A stretch of DNA of 64,000 bases from Octopus vulgaris (taxonomy: Eukaryota): assembly GCA_951406725.2 (NCBI GenBank), contig OX597831.1:7068001-7132000 (forward strand), given 5' to 3'. A program made the position numbers and the translations under genes. Each line of letters begins with the position of its first letter. Within the stretch, counting starts at the first letter, position 1. Below, in pieces: positions 50,075 through 62,205 of this stretch. The notes under the pieces were generated by a model. It had not been told where the DNA came from and made no database searches. It saw only the letters and a program-made list of their open reading frames with translations.

Positions 50075-51567
50075 TCTCAGGTAGGTGGCCCTTTTTTATT
50101 TGTAGGAAAGGTGTAAGCCGGAACTCCATACGGTGTACCCAGTGTAAGCTATGGACACACAAGAGGTGCAGTGGAGTAACAGGAAGGTTATCAGAGAAGA
50201 TAGTTTGTATATGTGGAAGATGCACAGGATTCATAAAAACTTTAGAGACCCAGAAAATTGATTCTCTTAAATACCCTGGTGGTTCATGATGCACAGAGAG
50301 TGTCATAGCTAGAATAAGAATAGGAGGGAGGAAATTTGGAGAGCTGTTACCTCTGTTGGCCATGAAAGGTTTTTCATTCTGGGTGAAAGGAAGGTTGTAT
50401 GATGCATGTGTAGGGACAGCAGTTCATTCTAGGTGGTAGTGAGACATGGGCCCTGAATACAGAAGACACACAAAAGTTAGAGAGGAATGAGGCTAGTATG
50501 CTCTGCTGGATGTGTAATGTAAGTGTACATGTTTGACAGAGTGCTAGCATATTGAGAGAGAAGTTAGACACAAGAGGAATTGGTTGCTGTGTGCAAGAGA
50601 GAAGACTGTGCTGGTTTGGCCATGTGATGCAGATGGATGCCAACAGCTCCATAAAGTGGATGAAACATGTGGAAGTGGAAGACCCAAGAAGACATGGGAC
50701 GAACAACTGAAGGATGACTTCAGGACACTCAACCTTTCAGGCAAGATGACTAAGGACTGAGATGCCTGATGCCTTGCTGTATTCAAGAAGACCCAGACTT
50801 CACAGCAGAAGTGTTAAGACTGATCCCTCTGGTGGTGATAAGTACTTGTGCGGGTGCCACATAAGAGTGCCCAGGCAGTACCATGTAAAGCGCTAATGCG
50901 GTACCACGTAAAAGTGCCTGTACCATGTAAAGCGCTAATGCGGTACCACGTAAAAGTACCTGTACCATGTAAAGCGCTAATGCGGTACCACGTAAAAGTG
51001 CCTGTACCATGTAAAGCGCTAATGCGGTACCACGTAAAAGTGCCTGTACCATGTAAAGCGCTAATGCGGTACCACGTAAAAGTGCCTGTACCATGTAAAG
51101 CGCTAATGCGGTACCACGTAAAAGTGCCTGTACCATGTAAAGCGCTAATGTGGTACCACGTAAAAGTGCCTGTACCATGTAAAGCGCTAATGCGGTACCA
51201 CGTAAAAGTACCTGTATCATGTAAAGCGCTAATGCGGTACCACGTAAAAGTGCCTGTACCATGTAAAGCGCTAATGTGGTACCACGTAAAAGTGCCTGTA
51301 CCATGTAAAGCGCTAATGTGGTACCACGTAAAAGTGCCTGTACCATGTAAAGCGCTAATGTGGTACCACGTAAAAGTGCCTGTGTAGGTGCCACGTGAAA
51401 GCACCCAGCACACTTTGTAAAGTGGTTGGTGTTAGGAAGGGCATTGAGCTGTAGAAACCATGCCAGAACAAACTGGAGCCTGGTGCAGCTCCCCAGCTTG
51501 CAAGCTCTGGTCAAACCATCCAACCCATGCCAGCATGAACAATAGATGTTATATAATGATGATGATG
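50075..51567 (+). mobile_element. 5'-truncated RTE LINE: ORF C-terminus, 3' UTR with 42-bp array, (GAT)n tail
   Basis: SETWALNTEDTQKLERNEASMLCWMCNV...REKL...ERRLCWFGHVMQM...GRPKKTWDEQLKDD, followed directly by the common tail repeat. Confidence 0.9.
50878..51381. repeat. 42-bp minisatellite, 12 copies
   Basis: Unit GTACCATGTAAAGCGCTAATGCGGTACCACGTAAAAGTGCCT with only a few substitutions. Confidence 0.95.
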
Positions 51568-51784
51568 TTGACTCTGAGAAGAAATCAGAGTTGAAGTAAG
51601 AAGTTAAATGTCAGTAAAATATTTCAAGAAGACAACTCAAGTGGCAATGAAAATGGATGATTGCTAAATGGAAAGTTGTAAAGATGACAAGGGATATTTA
51701 CAAAACAGATAAAAGTTCTTCGAAGAAGTAAGGTTGATATTTAAAAAAAAAAAAAAAAGACTTATGTCAGATTGATAGGAATTC

Positions 51785-52500
51785 TATCATTTTATGCTCA
51801 TTTTCCATGCTGGTAGGAGTCGGAATGGTTGTTACAGCCAGAGTCATTTCTTATTGGTGCTCATACATCTCATCTGGTTTGGTTTCTACACATGGATGCC
51901 CCTTCCATCAGCAATTTCTCTACACAGTGCACTGGGTGGATTTTCTTGTGGTGCCAACACAAGGGTTGTCAGTAAAGGGGGAAAAGGAAAGAGAAGAATA
52001 AGAGCAGAATGGCCAGAAAAGGGTAGGGGATAAGAGTGTGAGAGTCAAGTATAGTCAGAGTAGGGGAGAGAGAAGGATTTAAGAGATCTGAAGGAGTAGA
52101 ATGGCCTGAGAGGGTTGAAGGGATAGATATGGAGGAGGGGAGATGAAAGGGGTAGTGACTGGCAATAAGAGAGGGGAACAAAAAAGGTAGGGGATAAGAT
52201 AAATGCAACAGCAAGTAATGGGTGGCAATGTAGGTGACACACAGGAGTGAGAGTCATGGCTGGTAGTAGAGCAAAGTTAAAGCTACAGTGTATTGGGTGG
52301 AAAGGGATGGAGGGTGATCCAGTGCAACTTGGATGTGGGCCCAGAGAAGAGCAAGGGAGGGAGGTCAGGGCGAAATGGATGGAGCAATCTGTACAGTGGA
52401 GTGAGAGGAAGATGAGAGATGGATAGTCATGAATGATGAAGATGCGAGAGTCATGGGGTAAAGAGTGAGAGGTGGGGATGCACGAGGGTGCCAGGTTAAG
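51785..52500 (-). repeat. Old RTE-tail-like copy followed by a purine-rich low-complexity tract
   Basis: TTTCCATGCTGG...TGGATGCCCCTTCC; GA-rich 51970-52500 mirrors the pyrimidine-rich tract at 42060-42790. Confidence 0.5.
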
Positions 52501-52580
52501 GCGAGGACAGAAAATAACAAAACAAAAATATCAATTATCTTTACTTAAGTGTCATATCTATATATATGTATGTGTGTAAA

Positions 52581-52659
52581 CAGGGATGGCCATAAGTTGC
52601 TTTACCAAGGTCTAATAATAATAAACATGCATGGGTCAAGCGACTTATGGCCATCCCTG
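52581..52659. mobile_element. 79-bp Tc1/mariner-like MITE (22-bp TIRs)
   Basis: CAGGGATGGCCATAAGTTGCTT ... AAGCGACTTATGGCCATCCCTG followed by TA. Confidence 0.8.
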
Positions 52660-52937
52660 TATATAAGGACCAATTACTTATCAGAAAATGTGCATTGAAT
52701 TAATATCAAACATTAAAATCTTTCTCACTTATTGCAATCACTAAATTAAAAAAAAAACCCCTATTAAGATATTCAAAAACATGTCAAACAACCAGCCAAA
52801 TGGAAGAGAATCACACTCTACACACAAACAGTGTGTAGAACGTGACTGCAGACTTGACTGAAACACAAGAGATACAGCGAAAGAGTAGATTCTGGGGGAA
52901 TTAGAGATGGTCTGTGTTGGTAAATAGAACAAAGGTA

Positions 52938-53168
52938 GGCGGTGAGCTGGCAGAAACGTTAGCACGCCAGGCGAAATGCGTGGCCGTATTTCGTCTGCTG
53001 TTACGTTCTGGGTTCAAATTCCGCCGAGGTTGACTTTGCCTTTCATCCTTTCGGGGTCGATAAATTAAGTACCAGTTATGTACTGGGGTTGATGTAATTG
53101 ACTTAATCCGTTTGTCTGTCCTTGTTTGTCCCCTCTGTGTTTAGCCCCTTGTGGGTAGTAAAGAAATA
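52938..53168 (+). mobile_element. SINE family A, young full-length copy
   Basis: GGCGGTGAGCTGGCAGAAACGTTAGCACGCC...GGTTCAAATTCC...GTAAAGAAATA. Confidence 0.9.
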
Positions 53169-54419
53169 TATAAGAGTGGAATAAATGTTGAGTTGGAAGG
53201 TAGAAGAGAAGTTAAAATGTTTCAAGTGGATCCGTTTGGAAAGGAGCTGTTTGTAGGTTTGTTGGAAGACAGCAAGGACTTTCAATTTCTAGGATCATAT
53301 TGTACAAAAGAGTTTAATTTCAGAAAAGACTACAACATGGAACTTTGCAACTGGTTATGTAAAGGAGAACAAATTAGAAATAATCTGCTTATTTTCAGCA
53401 GATATTATATCACAGTCATATACCTTAGTTTATATATGTGGGAATGTGTGTGTGTATTTGAGCTGTGAAGAAAAATTCGAGTGACGTCTGGTTTCTTAAA
53501 AGCTACATTAATTAATAGAGTGAAACAGGCAGAACATAATTAAAAATATATTTCTATATTTAAAGTAAATTATTGCTTTTTCATGTTTATAATAAACTAC
53601 ATTTTTATCATCATCATTATTAAAGTAGTAAGTCGACAGATTAATCAGTTTTTGTTTCATTTCTCTACATTCTAAGTACAAATCTAATCAGAATTACTTA
53701 ATCTTAAGGCTGATTATATAGTTATATATTGGGGGAAATTTAGTTAAGCCTGGCCTTGAATCTGTTAATAATAATAATCATTAGAGGAAGAGATATCATA
53801 AATGGTGGGGGGTGGGCAAGCTTAATTTAGAATATTAGTTCTGAGTTCAAATCCTCTTGAAATAAAAGTTCTTTTTAATTTAAAAAAGAAAATTTTGGTG
53901 AGGAAAGAAGGCAGTGCCCAAGACTGTTTACAGAGCCTCAGAAATTGGTGGATGGGAGGGAGAGGAGTCTCTTTAAATTGGCTTCAATACTTGCAACAGA
54001 ATGGACTCTAAAAGATGCAAAGTGGTGATGTTAAACCATGGATCAAGTCTACCACTGAAGATTAAGAAAAAATTCAATTAATTGAAATTATTCTCTGAAA
54101 ATTGGTTACAGGTTTAGTCAAAATAAAATCATTTTTGTTTGACTAATTTCTTTCATATTCACAGCAAGATTTCATGTCCATTTCTCTGAAAATTTGATGC
54201 TTCAGTCAATTTGCAAAGTATTGATTTCTGTATTTTTTCAATCGGATGTCCTTGATTAACCTTCAGGTGAGAGTGGAACCTATTTTTTCACACAGACTTA
54301 ATTAGATGACATAACTTTGCAAACCCTTATATTAATACGAAACCCTTAACAAATAATTGAGTAAATCCCTAACATGTGGGAAAGTCACATGATGATGATG
54401 ATCATCATCATCATCATTA

Positions 54420-54790
54420 ATGCAGCAGATTAGCAGAGATGTGTTTTCTGTTCTGACTCTTTATACTCTGAATTCAAATCCCACCAACATGTTTGACTTT
54501 GCTTTTCATCCTTTCCATGGTCGAGAAAATTAACGGAGTCCAAGGCAGCCATTCACTCCCTCCTCACAAAATTACGAACCTTCTGCCTAAATTACAAGCA
54601 ATTATCACCAGACAAAATGCTTGGCAGCATTTCATTCGCTTTTACATTTTGAATTCAAATTTTGCTGAGGTTGACTTTGCCTTTCGTCCTTTCAGGGTTG
54701 ATAAAATAAGTACCAATGAAACACTGGGGTCGATGTAATCAACTAGTCCCCCTCCCCAAAAATTTCAGGCCTTGTGCCTTTAGAAGAAAG
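54420..54790 (+). mobile_element. SINE family A, two tandem diverged copies
   Basis: GACTTTGC.TTTC.TCCTTTC occurs twice. Confidence 0.7.
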
Positions 54791-57449
54791 GGATGGGCTT
54801 CTAGATTCACTTATTCCACATTTCTGACAAACAAACAACTTTATTTTCCTTTAAGTATTTCTACTAATTGCAAATAATGTCTCATAAAAACAGATTGTTT
54901 TTCCTTTGCCTCAATATAAAGATGAACTGCAAATGAGAGATGTCAGCTCTCTCAGCCTAGCATTTACTTCATTTAATAAAACAAGCTGTTAACAGAAAAA
55001 AAAAATTAATTAAAAGCTAAAATATCATGAAATAATTCCTTTTTTTTTAAATATTTATTTCCATTAAGATTATCATCAATCAGATAATACAAAAACACCT
55101 AAAATATCAATTTCAGAATAAAATCATAAAAAAAACCCCATTAATATTTTAACATCCACAACATACTCTCTTTCACACAAAAATGGTTGCAGTTTGGACT
55201 CATTTCTTCTTCACTTAAACAATTTCCTACACTCGATTTATGGGAGGAAAAATAGGAAAATCCTGAAATCTGGCTGGTTAAGTGTGTTTTAATCTGGTTA
55301 CTATGATATTTGCCGAGACAATAGGACTCAAACCATGAAGGAACATTGATACATTTAATACATCAGAAATCAGACAATAGCCTTACTTCAAAGACTATTG
55401 AAAAAGTAAATAGCATTTTAAAAAGCATATTAAATCTTGAATGAAGAAAAATATTGAAACAAAAGAACTGAAGCCTACTTTAGTGAAGTTTTCCATTGCA
55501 GCATTGTTAAATCTCCAGTGAAAAACATAAATGTGAGAAGAATCTTCACTTCTCAACCAATCAATTATAATGAAAATAAATGAGGAGAGTAATTACTATG
55601 ATAAGGTTCTGAAGAGAAATTAAGTAAAGTATTATCTAAGTATTATCATGATATTCCTATATCAATTATCAACCCAGACAACCAGAGATACATATTTGTT
55701 GGTTTTAGCTTTCATGGAGAAACCAGAGAAATATTTACGAATATCGTTTATGGGTTGGATTGTTGACTCCATTTAGTTTTCATTAATAAATTACAGAACA
55801 ACTTGGTTTGGTTTTTATTTTCTTCCTACATACACTGTTGGATAAAGCCTCAGCAACTTTGCTGGCCAATTGCAGTTTGGAGAGGGTGCCCATGGGGTGG
55901 GATGATCAGCCCTGGTTATTAGCACTCATTAATATAACCTAATTTTCAACTTTTACAACATATACACAAACCAACAAGGGAGTCTGTGTGGTGGAACAAA
56001 TTGCTTAAAACAACAGCCAGTTCTCCCACATATCATATTCCACCATCATAAAAAGGTATGGATACACACTGGACCATAGACTCAGCTTTAGAATTAGATG
56101 CACATTAGATTGAGATTGTCATAATTGGAATGCCTCTGATCATAGGTTTCTTCCTTCAAGAGCTTCACCTAGAGCTAAACAAACATCAAATACATTTCTT
56201 TGGTGATATTAGTACAAACTCTTCAACAAGCTCTCGACCACCAACCAGAAAAATAAACATTGTTAAATACAGCAGACATTGTTTTTGTACTCCAAATATA
56301 TTACAATTCCTGATTCTTTTACAATTAAGAATGGAATACTTGACACTTAAATGGCTCTGCTTAAATAGGGGTGATTAGAGGTTGGGGAGTGGGGGTCAGT
56401 AGAATTAGAGGTTCGGGTCAGCAGATTAGAGTGGGGGTCAGCAGAATGCTTCTTGAACAAAGGGTGAGGTTTGATCAACCTTGATCATGTCATTTGGACA
56501 AAAGGGTTTGTTGCAACACTGGAAACACTCGGTGAGTCCAGGAGAGTACAATACTGAGGGTTGTGTCCAAGTATTGCTTGTCTAAAAGGATGAAAAACTC
56601 TCCTGCTTCTTATCATTCCTCAAACAACTGTTAAAATGCAATAAGGGGAAAAAGTCACCATTCTTCAATTAATAGTTTCCATTGAGTTGTTCTTTGAAAC
56701 CTCATTTCTCATTTATGTAATCTTTCTTCCAAGAGCCTTTACCAAGTTCTTCTTCGTTCTCCCAACTCAATTGTCATTATTAACTGTTGCTTCTATGAAC
56801 TTCAGTCAACCATGGTTCTGCTCTTAGTCAAAATATCCTCAGCACTGTGAGACCAGATATTTAAAGTTTCTTAATACACACTTGCTGCCAGTTCAAATAT
56901 GTTTGAGACATATTGAAACCCATAAACAAAGCCATTCAATGTATTTACACAGATTTGTCTACAGCAAGAATTATTTTCCATCGCTTTCTTACAGGTTCCA
57001 ATATGATTCAAGCATTTCTGAACTGGCAACAAGTTTACATTTGTACCCATCACTGCTCAGTGCTTCTAATCTGTATTTTCATGTTTCCCCCTTTCAACTA
57101 AACACACACACACATGTATAATTGTTGTTTTAATGTCCCCTTTTTTATGTTTGCATCGAGACTGAATTTCTATGTCCTGATTCTGCTACAAATCTTCAGC
57201 AAGTCACACTTTTGGGGGTTTTTTTTTTTAAAAAAGGGGAAGACATTGGATACACTATGTCTGTAAAAAAAAAAAAAAAGGGCAGAAAAGACATTGTTAG
57301 AATGTTTTTGGTTATGGGTCTGTTTGATTAGAGCAGCCCCAGTGTAAAGCAACTTTTCTTACAACAACTGATATTGAGTGTGGCTATGGTGGGTTTCATC
57401 GAGTCAAGTGTTGGATGTATTCTAAGTTGTAGTGGTATATTAAAGAATA

Positions 57450-57717
57450 ACTGGCTTCCGTGCTGGTGGCACGTAAAAAGCACCAACCGATCGTGGCCAT
57501 TGCCAGCCTCCCCTGGCACCTGTGCCAGTGGCACGTAAAAAGCACCCACTACATTCACGGAGTGGTTGGCGTTAGGAAGGGCATCCAGCTGTAGAAACAC
57601 TGCCAGATCAGACTGGAGCCTGGTGCAGCCTCCTGGCTTCCCAGACCTCAGTCAAACAGTCCAACCCATACCAGCATAGAAAACGGACGTTAAACGATGA
57701 TGATGATGATGATGATG
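57450..57717 (+). mobile_element. RTE-LINE 3'-end repeat
   Basis: Two internal units, conserved tail, (GAT)n. Confidence 0.85.
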
Positions 57718-58217
57718 AACTCTTCTTTACAGGAGAAATGCTTCATACTTTCTTCATCAATTCAAAAGGCATTAATACAACCTGTTAAAGTATTTTCTTA
57801 TAATTCTTCTACAACATCACTTACGCTGTCTCACAGCATAAGATCATGCTACAAGTTTGCCTCACAATAATAGCAATTAACAGCTTTGAAATTTCCCAAC
57901 AGAGCAATTATTCAAATGTAGTTAGCTTTCACTTATATCATTTCACTTATTCTTGAAGTTTGTTGTGGAATGTTTTGTAAAGTACAACAAGCATGCTGAT
58001 GAAGCAGTCAAGAATTGGTAACACCTCTGATCATTGATGGTTCTGGAACATTATCAAATGGTCATTGGAATTTCTTCAACATGTCAGTTTATTTTATTAA
58101 TTGTGTGATCTCTTTTATAAAAATTCCTTTAGGTATAAGTGTGCCCAGGGAGAATCTTTGTGGTGTTAGTAACCAATGTGTCCCTCTTAAAGTTGGTCAC
58201 CTATATCTTTTCAGCAC

Positions 58218-58513
58218 CATCATCATCATCGTTTAACGTCCGCTTTCCATGCTAGCATGGGTTGGACAGTTCAACTGGGGTCTGGGAAGCCAGGAGGCTG
58301 CACCAGGCCCAGTCTGATCTGGCAGTGTTTCTACAGCTGGATGCCCTTCCTAACGCCAACCACTCTGTGAGTGTAGTGGGTGCTTTTTACATGCCACCGG
58401 CACAGGTGCCAGGGGAGGCTGGCAACAGCCACGATCGGTTGATTCTTTTTACGTACCACCGGCATGGAGGCCAGTCGGGGCAGCGCTGGCAACAGCCATG
58501 TTTGGATGGTTCT
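58218..58513 (-). mobile_element. RTE-LINE 3'-end repeat
   Basis: Inverted relative to 57450-57717, about 500 bp away. Confidence 0.85.
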
Positions 58514-58789
58514 TTAAATAAATCACCGGAGATGAAAGACTACTTACTTTTGTCGACAATGCAATTTGGTTACAACTGAGTTTCCTCAAAGTAGCAATCT
58601 TGGGAGACATTCCTGAACTGCACATTTTAGAGAAAGTGCATGCTATGCTTTTAGATTTGCTGTTTTAAATATTTGGCAATGGCACCACACTGTGTTTTAG
58701 TATGAAGAGTTCAGATCTTGATTCACTCAGCTACTGATACTGAGCTCCAACTGTTGGTGCCTCCCCACATGAAACAACTCTTGATTTTA

Positions 58790-58935
58790 TGTTACAAGCT
58801 TCCAGTTTTAAAGTGATCTAAATGAAAACCATTCATCAAAATTTCATGTCCAAAACACCAGCATAATTACTAAATTCATTATTTTCATGATTAATTCAAA
58901 CAAAAGCAACAGAAATTTGGTAACAAAACGGTTAA
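58790..58935. mobile_element. Partial TTAA-ended MITE-like fragment (second family)
   Basis: Ends GGTAACAAAACGG-TTAA; other end not seen. Confidence 0.35.
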
Positions 58936-59411
58936 ATAAACTGCACTCTTACTCTAAATGCATGGCTTTTTGCCAACATCTAAATTAATAATAGATATTT
59001 CGAAACACTGTTTAATATTTTTCACTCAAACCTTATTTCTGTAAAAATCAAAAATAAACTCTCCATTTTCAAAACATTCTCAAACAAAGGACAAATAAAA
59101 TGGTAATGAGGGCGCCGGGAGGGGCAGTATAAATATTGAGAAAGTGGAAAAGGAAGGGAGAATGGTTTTTGTACAAAAGAGGTTTATAAAATGACCAGGA
59201 ATTCATTTCAATAAGTTATTTCAGTTTTTGTATTGTTTATCATCATAATCAAGTTGAAGTTGATAAATTTTTTTAAACACATTTGGCACATGTTGAAGCA
59301 GACAAGCAACCAAATTATCTTTACAAATATATGAATTTTGAATCCTTATTCTATTAACTTGTAATAACTGCCCAAGGCCAAACCGAATTCTACAGCACAA
59401 AACTTATTGCC

Positions 59412-59639
59412 TTAACCCTTTAGTGTTTAAACTGGCCATATCTGGCCAAAATATTCTACCTGTTTTATGTTCAAACTAGTCAGATATGGTCATTCATAGC
59501 TAGCTTATTGTGTCATTTTAAAAATAAACAATCACAACATTGAAATCTCAAAGCCATGAAATGATGCAAGATTAATTTTACATGGTGTGAATACCTAAGC
59601 TTTACATTTGACAGAATCATCTGAATGCTAAAGGGTTAA
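59412..59639 (+). mobile_element. piggyBac-like MITE with TTAA target-site duplications
   Basis: TTAA|CCCTTTAG ... CTAAAGGG|TTAA. Confidence 0.8.
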
Positions 59640-59789
59640 CCCATTCATATTCAGATTAAAAATTCCCATCCTAATGTCATGTAAGAATCTTTTGTTTAGT
59701 AATGTAGTAACACAAGAAGTTTAGTAATATGGTTAGTTATTTTACTGGGAAGTCTGGAATATCAGGTAAATGCCATCCACAAAGTGACA

Positions 59790-60590
59790 GTGGACATTAA
59801 AAAGGACAACTCTGGGTCATTCATGGTCAAAAATCACATGATGAATAATGTGAAACATTTTCTCTCTCTTGGAATTATGGTGTTCACTAAAGGGAGATTA
59901 AGAAATAGGAGTCAAACTTTCAACATTTTAATGCCTGTCTACAAAACAAAGACTTTTCTGATGTATTATCCACCCGGTTGGGTAACTTGCCTGGACCAAT
60001 GCAACTCTTCCATGCCAGAAGGCTCAATGTTGTCTTTGTATCCCCAACTTGATAGCCAGCGTCTTCCACAAGTTGATCAACATCTGCTTTTCTTGATCTG
60101 CTGAGACCTGCATTCACGTGCTTCCGGAAAAGGAGATTGCTGGATATTTCATCTTTGAATGCCTGACATATTAAATCAAGAATTTTTAATATCCCCAGCA
60201 AATCTATCTTCCAGCTGGCACCAACCAATATTGAATGAATGCACAGAGTTCCAAACATGCTCCAGAAATATCCTTTAGATTAGATATCCAAAAAATTTGT
60301 GAACAACAAAAACCTCTGGGCCAAAGTCAAGTAGAAACCCATTGGCCAACAAACAACAAGAGAAAAGTGAAGATAGATTGACTCTGTATTAAATGGATGA
60401 GAAGAATGTTTGGCAAGGCAAGCCATGGATTGAAACCAAAAGAAAAGAAGGGCATCTGAGGATCATCTGGTGAAGACAGATTGAAGAGGAACTGAAAATG
60501 ACAAGGATAACATGGAACCAAGGGAAAAGAAACGGTACACGGCAAAACATGTTGGAAGGCTGTGGGGTAATGATGATGATGATGATGATA
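59790..60590 (+). mobile_element. Highly decayed RTE-like ORF remnant ending in (GAT)n
   Basis: NNVKHFLSLG resembles 'EQVxxFxYLG'; WMRRMFGKASHG; (GAT)n tail; weak. Confidence 0.35.
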
Positions 60591-61217
60591 TTTTACTAAA
60601 TCCTTCCAAACTGTTGATTATTTTCAAAATTAATTAATACACACAGGCTGTATATTTCATTAAAAATATGGTCTCAAAAGACTTGAAACAATTTTAGGAA
60701 AACAAAGCATTTTTTGCAACAATTAGCTGTAATAAACTTAAGTATTCAACAGAAAGTGAAAAATGTTTTAATTCACGTAGCTGTTCTAAATATAAGTCAC
60801 AATATTGTTCCTCTGAGGGTAAATCTTTATAAATTCATCAACATTCTAATAATTAAATCATTAAGATTATTAATTAGAAATACTTGTAAGTCAGATATTA
60901 CAATGAGCTTTAGTAAGTACTCCATACAAATTATCTTCACAAATTGCATTAATATTTACAAATTTTTAAAGGTAACTTTAAATTTTCAATCCATTCTAAA
61001 GAACTGGTTTCCTACATGCCATCCAATCACTCCATTTTCCTTCAATCTATATGATGATGATCATCATCATCATCACCCTAACATTTTCTCCCATAATTAT
61101 CATTTTATTTCAAGAATATTAAGCTTAATATATCTGACTCCTTCAATATACCATACATACACCCATTTTTCCTTCTAGCTATAGACATTCTAACCTCATA
61201 AGGTTTCAACAATCACT

Positions 61218-61643
61218 CATCATCATTATTCATCATCATCATCATCATCATCGTTTAACGTCCGCTTTCCATGCTAGCATGGGTTGGACGGTTCAACTGG
61301 GGTCTGGCAAGCCCGAAGGCTGCACCAGGCCAGTCAGATCTGGCAGTGTTTCTACAGCTAGATGCCCTTCCTAACGCCAACCACTCCGAGAGTGTAGTGG
61401 GTGATTTTATGTGCCACCGACACAGGTGCCAGACGAGGCTGGCAGATGGCCACGCTCGGATGGTGTTTTTTATGTGCCACCGACACAGGTGCCAGACGAG
61501 GCTGGCTGACGGCCACGCACGGATGGTGTTTTCTTATGTGTCACCGACACAGGTGCCAGACGGGGCTGGCGGACGGCCACGCTCGGATGGTGTTTGTTAT
61601 GTGCCCTCAGCACGCAGGCCAGTCGTTGCGGTACTGGCTACGA
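61218..61643 (-). mobile_element. RTE-LINE 3'-end repeat with about 64-bp internal array (3 near-identical units)
   Basis: ATGTG.CACCGACACAGGTGCCAGACG.GGCTGGC.GA.GGCCACGC.CGGATGGTGTTT three times. Confidence 0.85.
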
Positions 61644-61677
<34 letters not shown>

Positions 61678-61890
61678 AGGCGGTGAGCTAACAGAATTGT
61701 TAGCATGCTGTGCAAAATGCTTAGCAGTATTTTGTCTGTCGCTACATTCTGAGTTCAAATTCCACTGAGGTCAACTTTGCCTTTTGTCTTTTCGGGATTG
61801 ATAGATTAAATACAAGTGAAATACTGGGGTTGATGTAATCAACTAGTCCCCACCCCAAAAATTTCAGGCCTTGTGCCTTTAGTAGAAAAG
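61678..61890 (+). mobile_element. SINE family A
   Basis: GGCGGTGAGCT...GAGTTCAAATTCC...TTTCAGGCCTTGTGCC. Confidence 0.8.
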
Positions 61891-62205
61891 ATTATTATTG
61901 TTATTATTGATATGTTTTGGATAAACATCATTTGGTTTAAATTTTTCAAATGAAGAGTTTACTAGGTTGAAGAACAGTTTAGGATTGCAGAGAAAAGCAA
62001 AAAAAATAAAAAAATAAAAGCAAAAATTCAATGATTACATTTGGAAAATTCAGACATGACTCTCAACCATATGGTTCTGGGTTCTATCCCACTGTGCAGC
62101 ACATTAAGCAAGTGTCTTTTACAATAGCCTTGGGTTGATCAAAGCTTTGTGAGTGGATTTGGTAGAAGGAAACTGAAAGAAGCCCATCATGCATATATAA
62201 AAAGC

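Noticed and set aside
49075-51381. CRISPR-like repeat/spacer appearance of the GTGGCACGTAAAAAGCACC arrays (also 5119-5382)
   Set aside because: Spacers are identical or homologous, there are no cas genes, and the arrays sit inside eukaryotic retroposon tails; these are minisatellites
50783-51523. Long repetitive ORFs (246, 199, 179 aa) and those at 5021-5442
   Set aside because: Artefacts of tandem units whose length is a multiple of 3; open in several frames on both strands
56373-56445. Three imperfect units of about 22 bp, ATTAGAG...GGGTCAG
   Set aside because: Small local slippage duplication; not telomeric (TTAGGG) and no further structure
12103-61768. Recurrent 'FLQLDALPNANHS' and 'WQSFYSWMPFL' ORFs
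   Set aside because: Antisense translations of the non-coding RTE tail repeat, not a gene family
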